A stretch of DNA of 63,953 nt, counting the filler, from an uncultured bacterium (GTDB taxonomy: Bacteria; B130-G9), in NCBI GenBank assembly GCA_965372715.1. It is 3 parts of 3 records of this genome, joined end to end, with 100 filler letters (N's around TTAATTAATTAA, not from the genome) between each part and the next. Parts side by side here need not be neighbours in the genome. Positions count along the whole stretch, not along the records: positions 29,237 to 56,838 come from CBDVDH010000052.1; positions 56,939 to 63,953 come from CBDVDH010000089.1; 1 more part is not named here. One strand, given 5' to 3'. Below are positions 48,659-57,204 of this stretch, piece after piece. The notes under the pieces were generated by a model. It had not been told where the DNA came from. It worked only from the letters and a program-made list of their open reading frames with translations, and ran no database searches. Made by a program: the position numbers and the translations under genes. The stretch's first letter is position 1; the number at the start of each line of letters is the position of its first letter.

Positions 48659-49147
48659 ATGGCGGACGCCAACGAGAAACCGGCAGAAAAAAAGCATCCT
48701 GGAGACACGCGGGCGCACGAGAAGGAAACAACGCAACAAAAGGCAGCCCAACAGGGGCCAGCCGAAACGCAAGCGCCTCAACAGCAGGCGCCCGCGAAAC
48801 AGCAAATGGATGAGAAGCAGGCGAGGGGCTGGGCAATGCTGTCTCACCTCGGGGCTTTCGTCGGCGTGGTCATCCCGTTCGGCAACATCATCGCCCCGCT
48901 GGTCATTTGGCTGATCAAGAGGGAAGAGTCAGCTTTTGTGGAGGACCAAGCCAAAGAGTCTCTCAACTTCCAGATATCACTGTCTATCTACATGCTCGTC
49001 GCGGGGCTTCTGACCTTCGTTCTGATAGGTTTCGTTCTTGTGCCTATTGCTGGGATATTCGGCATTGTCGTTGTGATCATCGCTGCTGTTACTGCAAACA
49101 AGGGCGAGAGATACCGCTATCCGCTGTGCATAAGGTTCATCAGGTAG
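48659..49147 (+). CDS. DUF4870 family membrane protein
   Basis: WAMLSHL...PLVIWL...FV...AKESLNFQI...G..YRYP. Confidence 0.9.
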   Translation: MADANEKPAEKKHPGDTRAHEKETTQQKAAQQGPAETQAPQQQAPAKQQMDEKQARGWAMLSHLGAFVGVVIPFGNIIAPLVIWLIKREESAFVEDQAKESLNFQISLSIYMLVAGLLTFVLIGFVLVPIAGIFGIVVVIIAAVTANKGERYRYPLCIRFIR

Positions 49148-49325
49148 CCGATCAGCCGAGCGAGCCGATCGACCACCATCACGAATCTGCAGGTAGTTAT
49201 TCCGTCGGCGCGGATGCGGGATAGGATCGTCGCTTGGGAGCCGGACCGGTTGCCAGCCGTTGAAGTTCTTAAAAGCTCTAACCGGAATCGAGCCAGAAAA
49301 CGCATGAACTAATAAAGGAGAAGCG

Positions 49326-50531
49326 ATGAACAGAATCATCAAGCTGCTGGCCGTCGCGTGCGTGCTGCTACTCAGCGTCTCGTGCGCGATCATCAAGGAG
49401 CAGCACGTCTATATGGATGGGCACAAAGTCAAAGGCGTCCACCAGAAGAAGGAATGCCATAGGAAGGAGCAGGCCAAGAAGTGCAAGCATGGCAAGATAG
49501 ACCCCTACGGCAAATGCGCGGGCAACTTCCTCGATTTTGACCTCAAGGAGCTCGAAAAACAGGCGCGGGAGGCCTACGACGCTCAGAAGTATGAGGAGGC
49601 TGCGGTCCTTTACCTCAAGCTTCTGAGGCGCAACGTCACTGACGGCGGGAACATCTACAACCTCGCGTGCTGCTATGGGCTGCTCGGCAAGGCTGAATTA
49701 GCCGCGAAATACCTTGAGCGGGCTTACAAGGCCGGCTTCACCGATGTCGGGTGGATGAAGAATGACCCAGACTTCGAGAAGGTCAGGGGCACCGAGAAGT
49801 TCGACGCGATGATCGCAACCCTCGAGGAGAAATCCAAGCAGAAGGGAGAGGGCAAGGGCGAGGCCATCTACATCAGCGCCTCGGCCGAGTTCACATGCCG
49901 CCTTGTGTTCCCTGAGGGTTACGACGCGGAGAAAACGTATCCGCTACTCGTCGGTCTTCACGGCTACGGCAGCGACCCAGAGAGCTTTGTCGGCCTCTAT
50001 GAGCGCTTCGATGACCCACAGTTCATCTACGCCGTCCCGCAGGCGCCGTATCCCTATCTAAGAGGCAACGAGCAGGGCTACAGCTGGAGTGCGCCATTGC
50101 CGGACGAGGACCCCGCCAGCGAGCGCTCGAAGGGGGAGTCGGAGGAATACGTCGCGAAACTCGTCAAGCATCTGAAGAAGGAATACAACGTCGGCGACAC
50201 CTACCTATTTGGCTTCTCGCAGGGCTGCGGCATGACCTACACAACCGGCATCAAGAACCACGAGCTCTTCAAGGGCCTGATATGCTTCGGCGGCTGGTTC
50301 TCAGAGGACTGGCTCGTCGAGAAGGCCGGCATCGACCTCAACGAGATGAACGACCTCAGGATATTCATCGCCCACGGCACCAAGGACACACTCGTGAAGC
50401 TTGAAGAGGGCACAAAGGCAAGGGACATCCTCAAGGAGCACGGCTATGACGTAACGTTTCACGAGTTCGACGGCGCGCACCGCGTCCCGAAGGACGCGCT
50501 GCTCGAGGCGCAGAAGTGGATGAGTCAGTAG
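49326..50531 (+). CDS. Lipoprotein: TPR domain plus phospholipase/carboxylesterase alpha/beta hydrolase
   Basis: Lipobox-like LSVSC; YNLACCY...DPDF TPR-end; LHGYG, GFSQG, HGTKD, GAH. Confidence 0.8.
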   Translation: MNRIIKLLAVACVLLLSVSCAIIKEQHVYMDGHKVKGVHQKKECHRKEQAKKCKHGKIDPYGKCAGNFLDFDLKELEKQAREAYDAQKYEEAAVLYLKLLRRNVTDGGNIYNLACCYGLLGKAELAAKYLERAYKAGFTDVGWMKNDPDFEKVRGTEKFDAMIATLEEKSKQKGEGKGEAIYISASAEFTCRLVFPEGYDAEKTYPLLVGLHGYGSDPESFVGLYERFDDPQFIYAVPQAPYPYLRGNEQGYSWSAPLPDEDPASERSKGESEEYVAKLVKHLKKEYNVGDTYLFGFSQGCGMTYTTGIKNHELFKGLICFGGWFSEDWLVEKAGIDLNEMNDLRIFIAHGTKDTLVKLEEGTKARDILKEHGYDVTFHEFDGAHRVPKDALLEAQKWMSQ

Positions 50532-50571
50532 GGGAGAAGAGGAAAAAGGGAGAAAAGGATAAGGGGAATCT

Positions 50572-51045
50572 ATGGAATACCGGTTCGACGCGCCGTGCGG
50601 CATTTATTGCGGCGCTTGCGAGAATGTGCATGCGAAAAAACGCGGTCAGCTCGAACAGCTGGCGAAACGCGCGAACAAGCCCGTGGAAGTACTCGATTGC
50701 CAGGGTTGCAGGAGCGAAGTCATCGCCCAGTGCTGTGCAAACTGCAAGATAAAGGCGTGCGCGGAGGGGAAGGGCTTCGAGACCTGCGCCGAGTGCGACG
50801 AATGCCCGTGTGAACGCTACGAGGTCTTCAAGAAGGGAGATTTCTACCCTCTCTACGTCTTGATGATGAACAATCTGAAGACGATCGATGAGGGGGGACT
50901 TGACGCGTGGCTCAAGAACCGAGAAAAGAGGTGGAAGTGCTCCGAGTGCGGGACCCCCCTTTGGTGGTATCAGAAGACCTGTGACGACTGCGGCGCAAAG
51001 CTCTATAACTGCGAGGCCGAGGCGGCGAAACTTGATGCCTCATGA
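50572..51045 (+). CDS. DUF3795 family Cys-rich protein
   Basis: APCGIYCGAC, C.GC, C.I..C, C.EC..CPC, C-terminal zinc ribbon. Confidence 0.85.
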   Translation: MEYRFDAPCGIYCGACENVHAKKRGQLEQLAKRANKPVEVLDCQGCRSEVIAQCCANCKIKACAEGKGFETCAECDECPCERYEVFKKGDFYPLYVLMMNNLKTIDEGGLDAWLKNREKRWKCSECGTPLWWYQKTCDDCGAKLYNCEAEAAKLDAS

Positions 51046-51083
51046 TGCCGACCGAAGACACTTTCAGGTGAGATTCCGGCGAA

Positions 51084-52112
51084 ATGATTCTGATTCCAGA
51101 CACGAACGTCCTGTTCATCTGGCAGGCGCCCGATAGGCTGCGGGACCACCTCGAAGCGGGACTGAGACACCTTCCTCAGGTGAAGCTGATTTATCCTCCG
51201 GACGTCGAGGAGGAGACGCTTATTCACCTCGCGCCCGAGGCGGACATAATCATCGGCTGGCGGCCTACAAAAGAGCTGCTGGACGCGGCAGCGCGGCTGA
51301 GGCTATTCATCAATCCCGGCGCGGGCGTTCAGCACCTCATCGAGCTCTTCCGCGAGCTGACAAAGAGCAGGCAGGTCACGCTGGTCAACGGGCATGGCAA
51401 CTCCTACTTCACCGCCCAGCACGCCGTGGCGCTGCTCTTGGCGCTTATGAATAAGGTCGTCCCGCACCACAACTGGATGGTCCAGGGCCGCTGGCGAAAA
51501 GGCGACAAGGACGCCGCCTCAATCCCACTCCGCAACAGGAAGGTCGGCCTGCTCGGCTACGGGGCCGTCAACTCGAAGGTGCATCGCTTCCTCGCTGGAT
51601 TCGACGTTGAGTTCCACGCACTCCGAACCGACTGGGCCAAGCTGACCGGGGCGCCGCCGACGCCGCTTGCGCGATACGGCCCAGACCAGCTCAACGACTT
51701 CTTAAAGGCGATCGACATCCTGATCGTCTCGCTGCCTCTCACACCAAAGACAGAAGGCCTCATAGGCAGGCGAGAGCTCGAGCTCCTGGGGCCTGACGGG
51801 CTCTTCCTGAACGTCGGAAGAGGCGCCGTTGTTGACGAGGAGAGCCTCTACAACGCACTCAAGGAAAGGGTCATCGCAGCAGCCGCGCTGGACGTGTGGT
51901 ATAACTACACACCGATCTCCGACGAGGGCGGCCGAACCTCGCCCTACAACTGCCCGTTCCACGAGCTCGACAACGTCGTCCTCTCGCCTCATCGCGCCGC
52001 CTCGCCCTTCCGCGACCTGAAGCGCTGGGACGAGGTCATCGAGAACATCTCCCGCTTTGCGAGCGGCGAGCGAGAGTTCTTAAACATGGTGGACCTTGAG
52101 GCGGGCTATTGA
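51084..52112 (+). CDS. D-isomer-specific 2-hydroxyacid dehydrogenase
   Basis: GLLGYGAV, LPLTPKTEG, NVGRG, ALDVW, LSPHRA. Confidence 0.9.
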   Translation: MILIPDTNVLFIWQAPDRLRDHLEAGLRHLPQVKLIYPPDVEEETLIHLAPEADIIIGWRPTKELLDAAARLRLFINPGAGVQHLIELFRELTKSRQVTLVNGHGNSYFTAQHAVALLLALMNKVVPHHNWMVQGRWRKGDKDAASIPLRNRKVGLLGYGAVNSKVHRFLAGFDVEFHALRTDWAKLTGAPPTPLARYGPDQLNDFLKAIDILIVSLPLTPKTEGLIGRRELELLGPDGLFLNVGRGAVVDEESLYNALKERVIAAAALDVWYNYTPISDEGGRTSPYNCPFHELDNVVLSPHRAASPFRDLKRWDEVIENISRFASGEREFLNMVDLEAGY

Positions 52113-52148
52113 GGACAGACAACTGCGGAAAGGGGTTTGAATGATAGC

Positions 52149-53471
52149 ATGAAAGAAGGTGCAAGCATGAAAGAGAGCGCATGTCCCCAGTTGGTGCCCC
52201 ACGCGCAGCTCACCCCCGGATTTGAGGCGATCTACACGGGTCGGAAGGCGGGTGCGAGTGAGCAGCGGGTGGAAGGGCCGTGCGTCATCACCTCGGATGA
52301 GGAGGGCAACGAGATCGAGAGGTGGTCGCTCTGGAGCTGGACGGGCGTGCTTGAGGAGAAGGACTGGGACGACGACATCAAGTTCATCAACCGGATGCAG
52401 GAGCAGCTGGGGCCGCTGAGCGACGAGGTACGAAAGATTCGGGCCCACATTGCGAGTCTGGCGGTATGCGACAACGGCTTCCCGGTCACGGTTGACGAGC
52501 TGCTGGATGCCATCGGCAGTGGCGAGCTGAGGGAGCCTACTTTCCACAACGGCTGCTTTATACCGACTGCTTGGTGGGAGGAGAAGACCACTCAGCCGCA
52601 TCAGGAGAGGGCGATGCAGGTCATCGAGGAGGTTTTGAAGGGCTATCTCGTGGGCGAATCGGCGGAGGCTCTCGTTGAGAGGCGCCCGCACGCGAAGAGG
52701 TTCATTAAACGGACCTACGAGTGGCTCGGGCCGGTCGAGGAGCTAACCGACGTCAAGCGGCTGATGCTTGGCCGCGTTCTTCTGCCATTTGATTTCCTCA
52801 CAAAGCGGACAGATGACCACGAGGCGGTTCATAAGGACTGCTTTGAGCCTGGCGGACGAGGCGAGGCGCTTGACGAGAAGATCGCTGCCGCTGCGGGCCT
52901 GCCGAAGTTTTACTCACCTATTTCCAATTACAGGAAATACGTGGAGACCCGGGACGGCATGAAAGACCCCAAGAATAAAGAGCTCTATAGAGTGCTCGGG
53001 ATGCTCTCCCACGGGCTGCACGGGCTCTCCGATTGCCATCACTCGTGCTTCCAATGGATTGAGAATTGGATTTGCAGCATCGGCGCTGGCGAGATGGAGA
53101 CTGCAACGCACGCCAAGGGGACGGAGAAGGAGCGCCTCGGCAGGCTGCTCTTCGGTTACGTCCTCGCGCTGGACAGGTGGCTTCAGGACGTGTCGATGCA
53201 CTTCCTGCTGCTCGATCTGAGCCACGTTGACCTGGGCTTCGATCCCAAAAACGAGATACTCCGGGTCTATGCCCATCTCGGCGAGGAGCGAACGCCCGTC
53301 AAGGAATGGCTCGCCGCGTGTCTCTGGAAGAACCTCTCCCAGATTCCCATCGGCCCGGGGCGCTTCCTGCACAAGGACCTGATCGAGCGCTCTGAGCGGG
53401 CGGGGACAACTCTCCGCGGATGGATCGATCAGAAAAAGCCTAACCACAAAGACACTAAGGACGTAGGTTAA
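52149..53471 (+). CDS. Hypothetical protein
   Basis: Long ORF with host-like codon usage; start uncertain (52137/52149/52167); LSDCHH motif. Confidence 0.7.
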   Translation: MKEGASMKESACPQLVPHAQLTPGFEAIYTGRKAGASEQRVEGPCVITSDEEGNEIERWSLWSWTGVLEEKDWDDDIKFINRMQEQLGPLSDEVRKIRAHIASLAVCDNGFPVTVDELLDAIGSGELREPTFHNGCFIPTAWWEEKTTQPHQERAMQVIEEVLKGYLVGESAEALVERRPHAKRFIKRTYEWLGPVEELTDVKRLMLGRVLLPFDFLTKRTDDHEAVHKDCFEPGGRGEALDEKIAAAAGLPKFYSPISNYRKYVETRDGMKDPKNKELYRVLGMLSHGLHGLSDCHHSCFQWIENWICSIGAGEMETATHAKGTEKERLGRLLFGYVLALDRWLQDVSMHFLLLDLSHVDLGFDPKNEILRVYAHLGEERTPVKEWLAACLWKNLSQIPIGPGRFLHKDLIERSERAGTTLRGWIDQKKPNHKDTKDVG

Positions 53472-53613
53472 TCAGAAGAGGAAACCACGAATAAACACGA
53501 ATAGCCACGAATAGTGCCCCTTTTCCCTCTCTCGTCTCTGTGTCTCTGTGGTTAATTCATATCATCTCTGATCACATCTCACTTTTCGTGTCCATTCGTG
53601 TTTATTCGTGGTT
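53441..53613. repeat. Two interleaved inverted-repeat pairs built from short tandem units
   Basis: A 53441-53462 / A' 53534-53554 (CACAGAGA-type); B 53483-53511 / B' 53585-53613 (CACGAAT-type, 27/29). Confidence 0.85.
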
Positions 53614-53625
53614 GAATCAGCTCTT

Positions 53626-54801
53626 ATGGATCACATGGTATTATCTGATGTGCGGTCACAACCCATCCGCGTGATGCGGGTGATCACACAGCTCTCGCGA
53701 GGGGGCGTGGAGGCGAAGCTGGCGGAGCTCTTGCCTTTGCTCAGGGAGCGGGGCTTTGATGTCTCCGTGTGCTGCATCAAGGAGGCAGGGTCGCTGGCTC
53801 ATCGGTTCGCCGAGGCGGGGATACCGGTTCACGTCCTGCCTGTTCGATCGCGGCTGCATCCGATCGACATGCTGCGCCTCGCCCGCTTCATGAGGCGGCA
53901 GCAGATCGATGTCGTGCACACGCACATGTATGCGGCGAATATCACGGGGACGATTGCGGCGCGGCTGGCGAAGGTTCCGGTTATCATCTCCAACGTTCAC
54001 AACGTGGGGAAGTTCGCGTCGCGGCGCCAGGTTTTGCAGGACAGGATATTGTCCCGGTTCAGACAGACGACGGTCTGCGTCTCAGAGCGTGTCAAGGCGG
54101 ATTACCTTGAGGCGACAGGGCTTTCGAACGAGAAGGTCATGGTGATCTACAACGGTGTGGATACTGAGAGGTTCAGGCCCAGTTGGCAGGCTGGAAAGCC
54201 TACCCCACGCCAAGTGCGCAAGGAGCTTGGAATCGAGGAGCGTGAACACGTTCTGATTTCTGCTGGGCGCCTCATCCCGCAGAAGTCACCGGACCTTCTG
54301 ATCGCTGCGTTCAAGATAGTCCACAAATCGCTCCCAGACACGCGGCTGTTGATTCTTGGGACGGGCGAGCTTCGCGACGATCTAATGGCCATGACCGATA
54401 AGATTGGGCTTTCGAGGGGTGTTATCTTCGCGGGCTTTCGAGAGGACATTGCCGAATGCCTTGCCGCTTCGGACGTTTTTGTGTCATCCTCTGTTAAGGA
54501 GGGCTTCTCGAATGTGCTGCTTGAGGCGCTTGCCTCTGGCCTTCCGGCGGTGGTTACGGATGTTGGTGGGAATCGGGAGGCGGTCCGCGATGGTCGGGAG
54601 GGCTTCTTGTGTAGGCCAGGCGCAGAGGAGTTGGCCGAGCGGATAATGCGCATTTTGGATGATTCGGGTCTTCGAGAGCGGATGTCAAAGAATGCTAGGG
54701 AGCGAGCGATGGAGTTTGGTTTGAGGCAGATGGCGGACCAGACGGCGGCGCTTTATCACCGTCATTTCTCTCAGAAGCGAGGGAGTGTAGCCGATGAATA
54801 A
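53626..54801 (+). CDS. Glycosyltransferase family 4
   Basis: GGVE, DVVHTH, VIYNGVD, GRL..QK, EGFSNVLLEA, TDVGGNRE. Confidence 0.92.
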   Translation: MDHMVLSDVRSQPIRVMRVITQLSRGGVEAKLAELLPLLRERGFDVSVCCIKEAGSLAHRFAEAGIPVHVLPVRSRLHPIDMLRLARFMRRQQIDVVHTHMYAANITGTIAARLAKVPVIISNVHNVGKFASRRQVLQDRILSRFRQTTVCVSERVKADYLEATGLSNEKVMVIYNGVDTERFRPSWQAGKPTPRQVRKELGIEEREHVLISAGRLIPQKSPDLLIAAFKIVHKSLPDTRLLILGTGELRDDLMAMTDKIGLSRGVIFAGFREDIAECLAASDVFVSSSVKEGFSNVLLEALASGLPAVVTDVGGNREAVRDGREGFLCRPGAEELAERIMRILDDSGLRERMSKNARERAMEFGLRQMADQTAALYHRHFSQKRGSVADE

Positions 54802-56716
54802 GACCCTGGTTTTCGTAGCCGACTTGATACTGAACGGGCTGACGACGTTCTTCTACGAGCTCAGCGGCCTGTTCTTCTCTCACTTCATCCAGTTCATCCT
54901 CGCGGTGCTGATCCTCGTGATGGTCAACATCGAGCGCAAGCGAACGCACAGCAAGGAGTTTGTGTATCTGACGCTGGGGTTCATGCTGCTGATGTTCCAG
55001 AAGTACCTGATCAGCACTATTCTGGGGATCAGAGTCCTTGCGCCGCGTGTGGCGCCCGCAGAGGAGTATTCAGTCTTGCTGTACCAAGTCCTGGAGCTCT
55101 TCGCGCTGATAATCCTGACCACAGCATTTCTGTATCCGGTGGCGCGGCGCAAGCTGAAGCTTCAGAGGATCATGGTCTATAACCTCTTCAGCGCGGTCGT
55201 CATCTCCCTCGCGGTGTTCCTCTCGTTCCATTTGCAGGAGCCTCCGGCGCCTTTCGCGCTGCACTGGGGAGCGTGGCTCTTCGCAGCGGTGGATCTCGCT
55301 CTTCTTCTGGCGATCATATTCTATACCCTTCTCGCCGGGCGAAAATCTACGCCGCTAATCGTCGCTGCAGTGTCGTTGTGGGCCTTCACAGAGGTATTCA
55401 GACTCCGGAACGTTCTCGCATTTGGGGGCAGGGACTCGACGCTTTTGATGCTGAGCGAGACGGTGCCGATTCTGGTGTATGCGTTGCTTGTTGTGGCGAT
55501 TTTCAGGCAGATTTCCGCGGAGTACATGAGGCTGCACACGGCGACTTTGAGAAGCAAGCAGAGGCTTCAGGCCATCTTCGACGGCATAACCGACGGGATA
55601 ACGACGCTGGACAAGGACCTGAACGTCATAAACGTCAATCAGAGCGAACGTCGGTTCCTCGGTCTTCCGTCTGAGGCCATCATAGGCAAAACGTGTCATG
55701 AGCTCTATGGCCGAGGGGGCAAGCCCTGCGCGGACTGTCCCGCGCTTGCCACGCTGAAGTCGGGCAAGAAATCCGCCGCGGCGTTCCGTGCTTCGCGCAA
55801 GCAGGGCGAGAAACTCTCATTCTTCGAGGAGGAGGCGTTCCCGCTGTTCAATCAGGCGGGGGATGTAGATCAGGTCATAATCTATATTAAGGACACGACG
55901 GACCGGCACAGGATAGAGGATAAGATGAGGTCGTTGGACCGCCTCGCAGCGGTCGGCGAGATGTCCACTCGAATCGCGCACGAGATACGAAATCCACTCG
56001 AGGCGATAAGCGGCTCCGCAGAATATTTGGGCCAGACGGTTGATAGCGACCTCGTCCGCGAGTTCACGAAGATCATCCGCGACGAGTCGGAGAGACTCTC
56101 CAACCTTACAAGGAACCTTCTTGATTACTCAACGCGGATTCAGCTCAACCTAAAACTGAGCAACATCAACTACCTCGTGATGGACACCAAGAAGCTCTTG
56201 AGGACCGAGTTCGACGAGGCGCAGGTTAAGGTGAGGCTCAGACTCGACAGAGAGATACCGGATACGGTCTTCGATCCGGGCCTTATCAAGCAGGTCCTGA
56301 TAAACCTCATAATCAACGCGCTTGAGGTCTCCAAGCCGCCCGGCGCCATCGTGTTGGGCACGCGCTGGAGGCGCGCCGGGACAGGGGGCAGCCTGAACCC
56401 AGGACAGGAGTCAATGGTCGATGAGTTTGTGCAATTGAAGGCCATTCATCACTTCGTGGGCGACGGCCTAAAGAACCGGGAACATATCGCCTTCTACTGC
56501 CGGGACTTCGGCAAAGGAATCAGCGAAGAGAGTATCAAGTCGATCTTCAACCCATTCATTACTGGCAAGGCGAAAGGGTCCGGTCTGGGCCTGGCGACGA
56601 GCGAGAGAATCGTTTCAGAGCACGACGGGATGATCGAGGTCTATTCTCTTTGCGGCAAAGGGACCCTTTTCGTGGTGAGATTACCGTTCGTGCGGGATAC
56701 GAACAGCCTCGCCTGA
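54794..56716 (+). CDS. Membrane sensor histidine kinase with PAS domain (NtrB/PilS-like)
   Basis: ~8 TM, PAS (CHELY...CADCP), AHEIRNPL, QVLINLIINA, DFGKG, GSGLGL; overlaps the GT4 stop. Confidence 0.92.
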   Translation: MNKTLVFVADLILNGLTTFFYELSGLFFSHFIQFILAVLILVMVNIERKRTHSKEFVYLTLGFMLLMFQKYLISTILGIRVLAPRVAPAEEYSVLLYQVLELFALIILTTAFLYPVARRKLKLQRIMVYNLFSAVVISLAVFLSFHLQEPPAPFALHWGAWLFAAVDLALLLAIIFYTLLAGRKSTPLIVAAVSLWAFTEVFRLRNVLAFGGRDSTLLMLSETVPILVYALLVVAIFRQISAEYMRLHTATLRSKQRLQAIFDGITDGITTLDKDLNVINVNQSERRFLGLPSEAIIGKTCHELYGRGGKPCADCPALATLKSGKKSAAAFRASRKQGEKLSFFEEEAFPLFNQAGDVDQVIIYIKDTTDRHRIEDKMRSLDRLAAVGEMSTRIAHEIRNPLEAISGSAEYLGQTVDSDLVREFTKIIRDESERLSNLTRNLLDYSTRIQLNLKLSNINYLVMDTKKLLRTEFDEAQVKVRLRLDREIPDTVFDPGLIKQVLINLIINALEVSKPPGAIVLGTRWRRAGTGGSLNPGQESMVDEFVQLKAIHHFVGDGLKNREHIAFYCRDFGKGISEESIKSIFNPFITGKAKGSGLGLATSERIVSEHDGMIEVYSLCGKGTLFVVRLPFVRDTNSLA

Positions 56717-56838
56717 CGTGGGGCTGGATTCTGGAGACGACCTGTGGGGCGGGCTTTCCAGCCTGCCTTTTGTAGTGATTGCTGCATTCCTCGGACGCGA
56801 CACTCTGTCACGCGAGACCCTGTCTTTGGCAGGCTGGA

Positions 56839-56938
56839 NNNNNNNNNNNNNNNNNNNNNNNNNNNNNNNNNNNNNNNNNNNNTTAATTAATTAANNNNNN
56901 NNNNNNNNNNNNNNNNNNNNNNNNNNNNNNNNNNNNNN
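56839..56938. other. Artificial contig linker / gap
   Basis: N44-TTAATTAATTAA-N44. Confidence 0.98.
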
Positions 56939-57204
56939 AGCCCAAAAAACCCCTTGAAAAACTTTAGCTGTTTTTTCCGGATTCTTGGTTTTTATCCCCA
57001 ATCTGTGAGCCGGAACAGGTCATTAGGCGGCTCTATAAGCCGTACTTGACACCTGCCGAAAAATTGGTAATACTTTTGGCGGAAGCGGGAGCGAACGCAT
57101 CTATTCGGCGGTACCCCGATAAGACGCAACTGTTCCCACCTCTGATTAAAAGTATCAGAACTTCAGCAGAAATGTTTAACGCACTCAAACAAGAGGGAGG
57201 CAGC

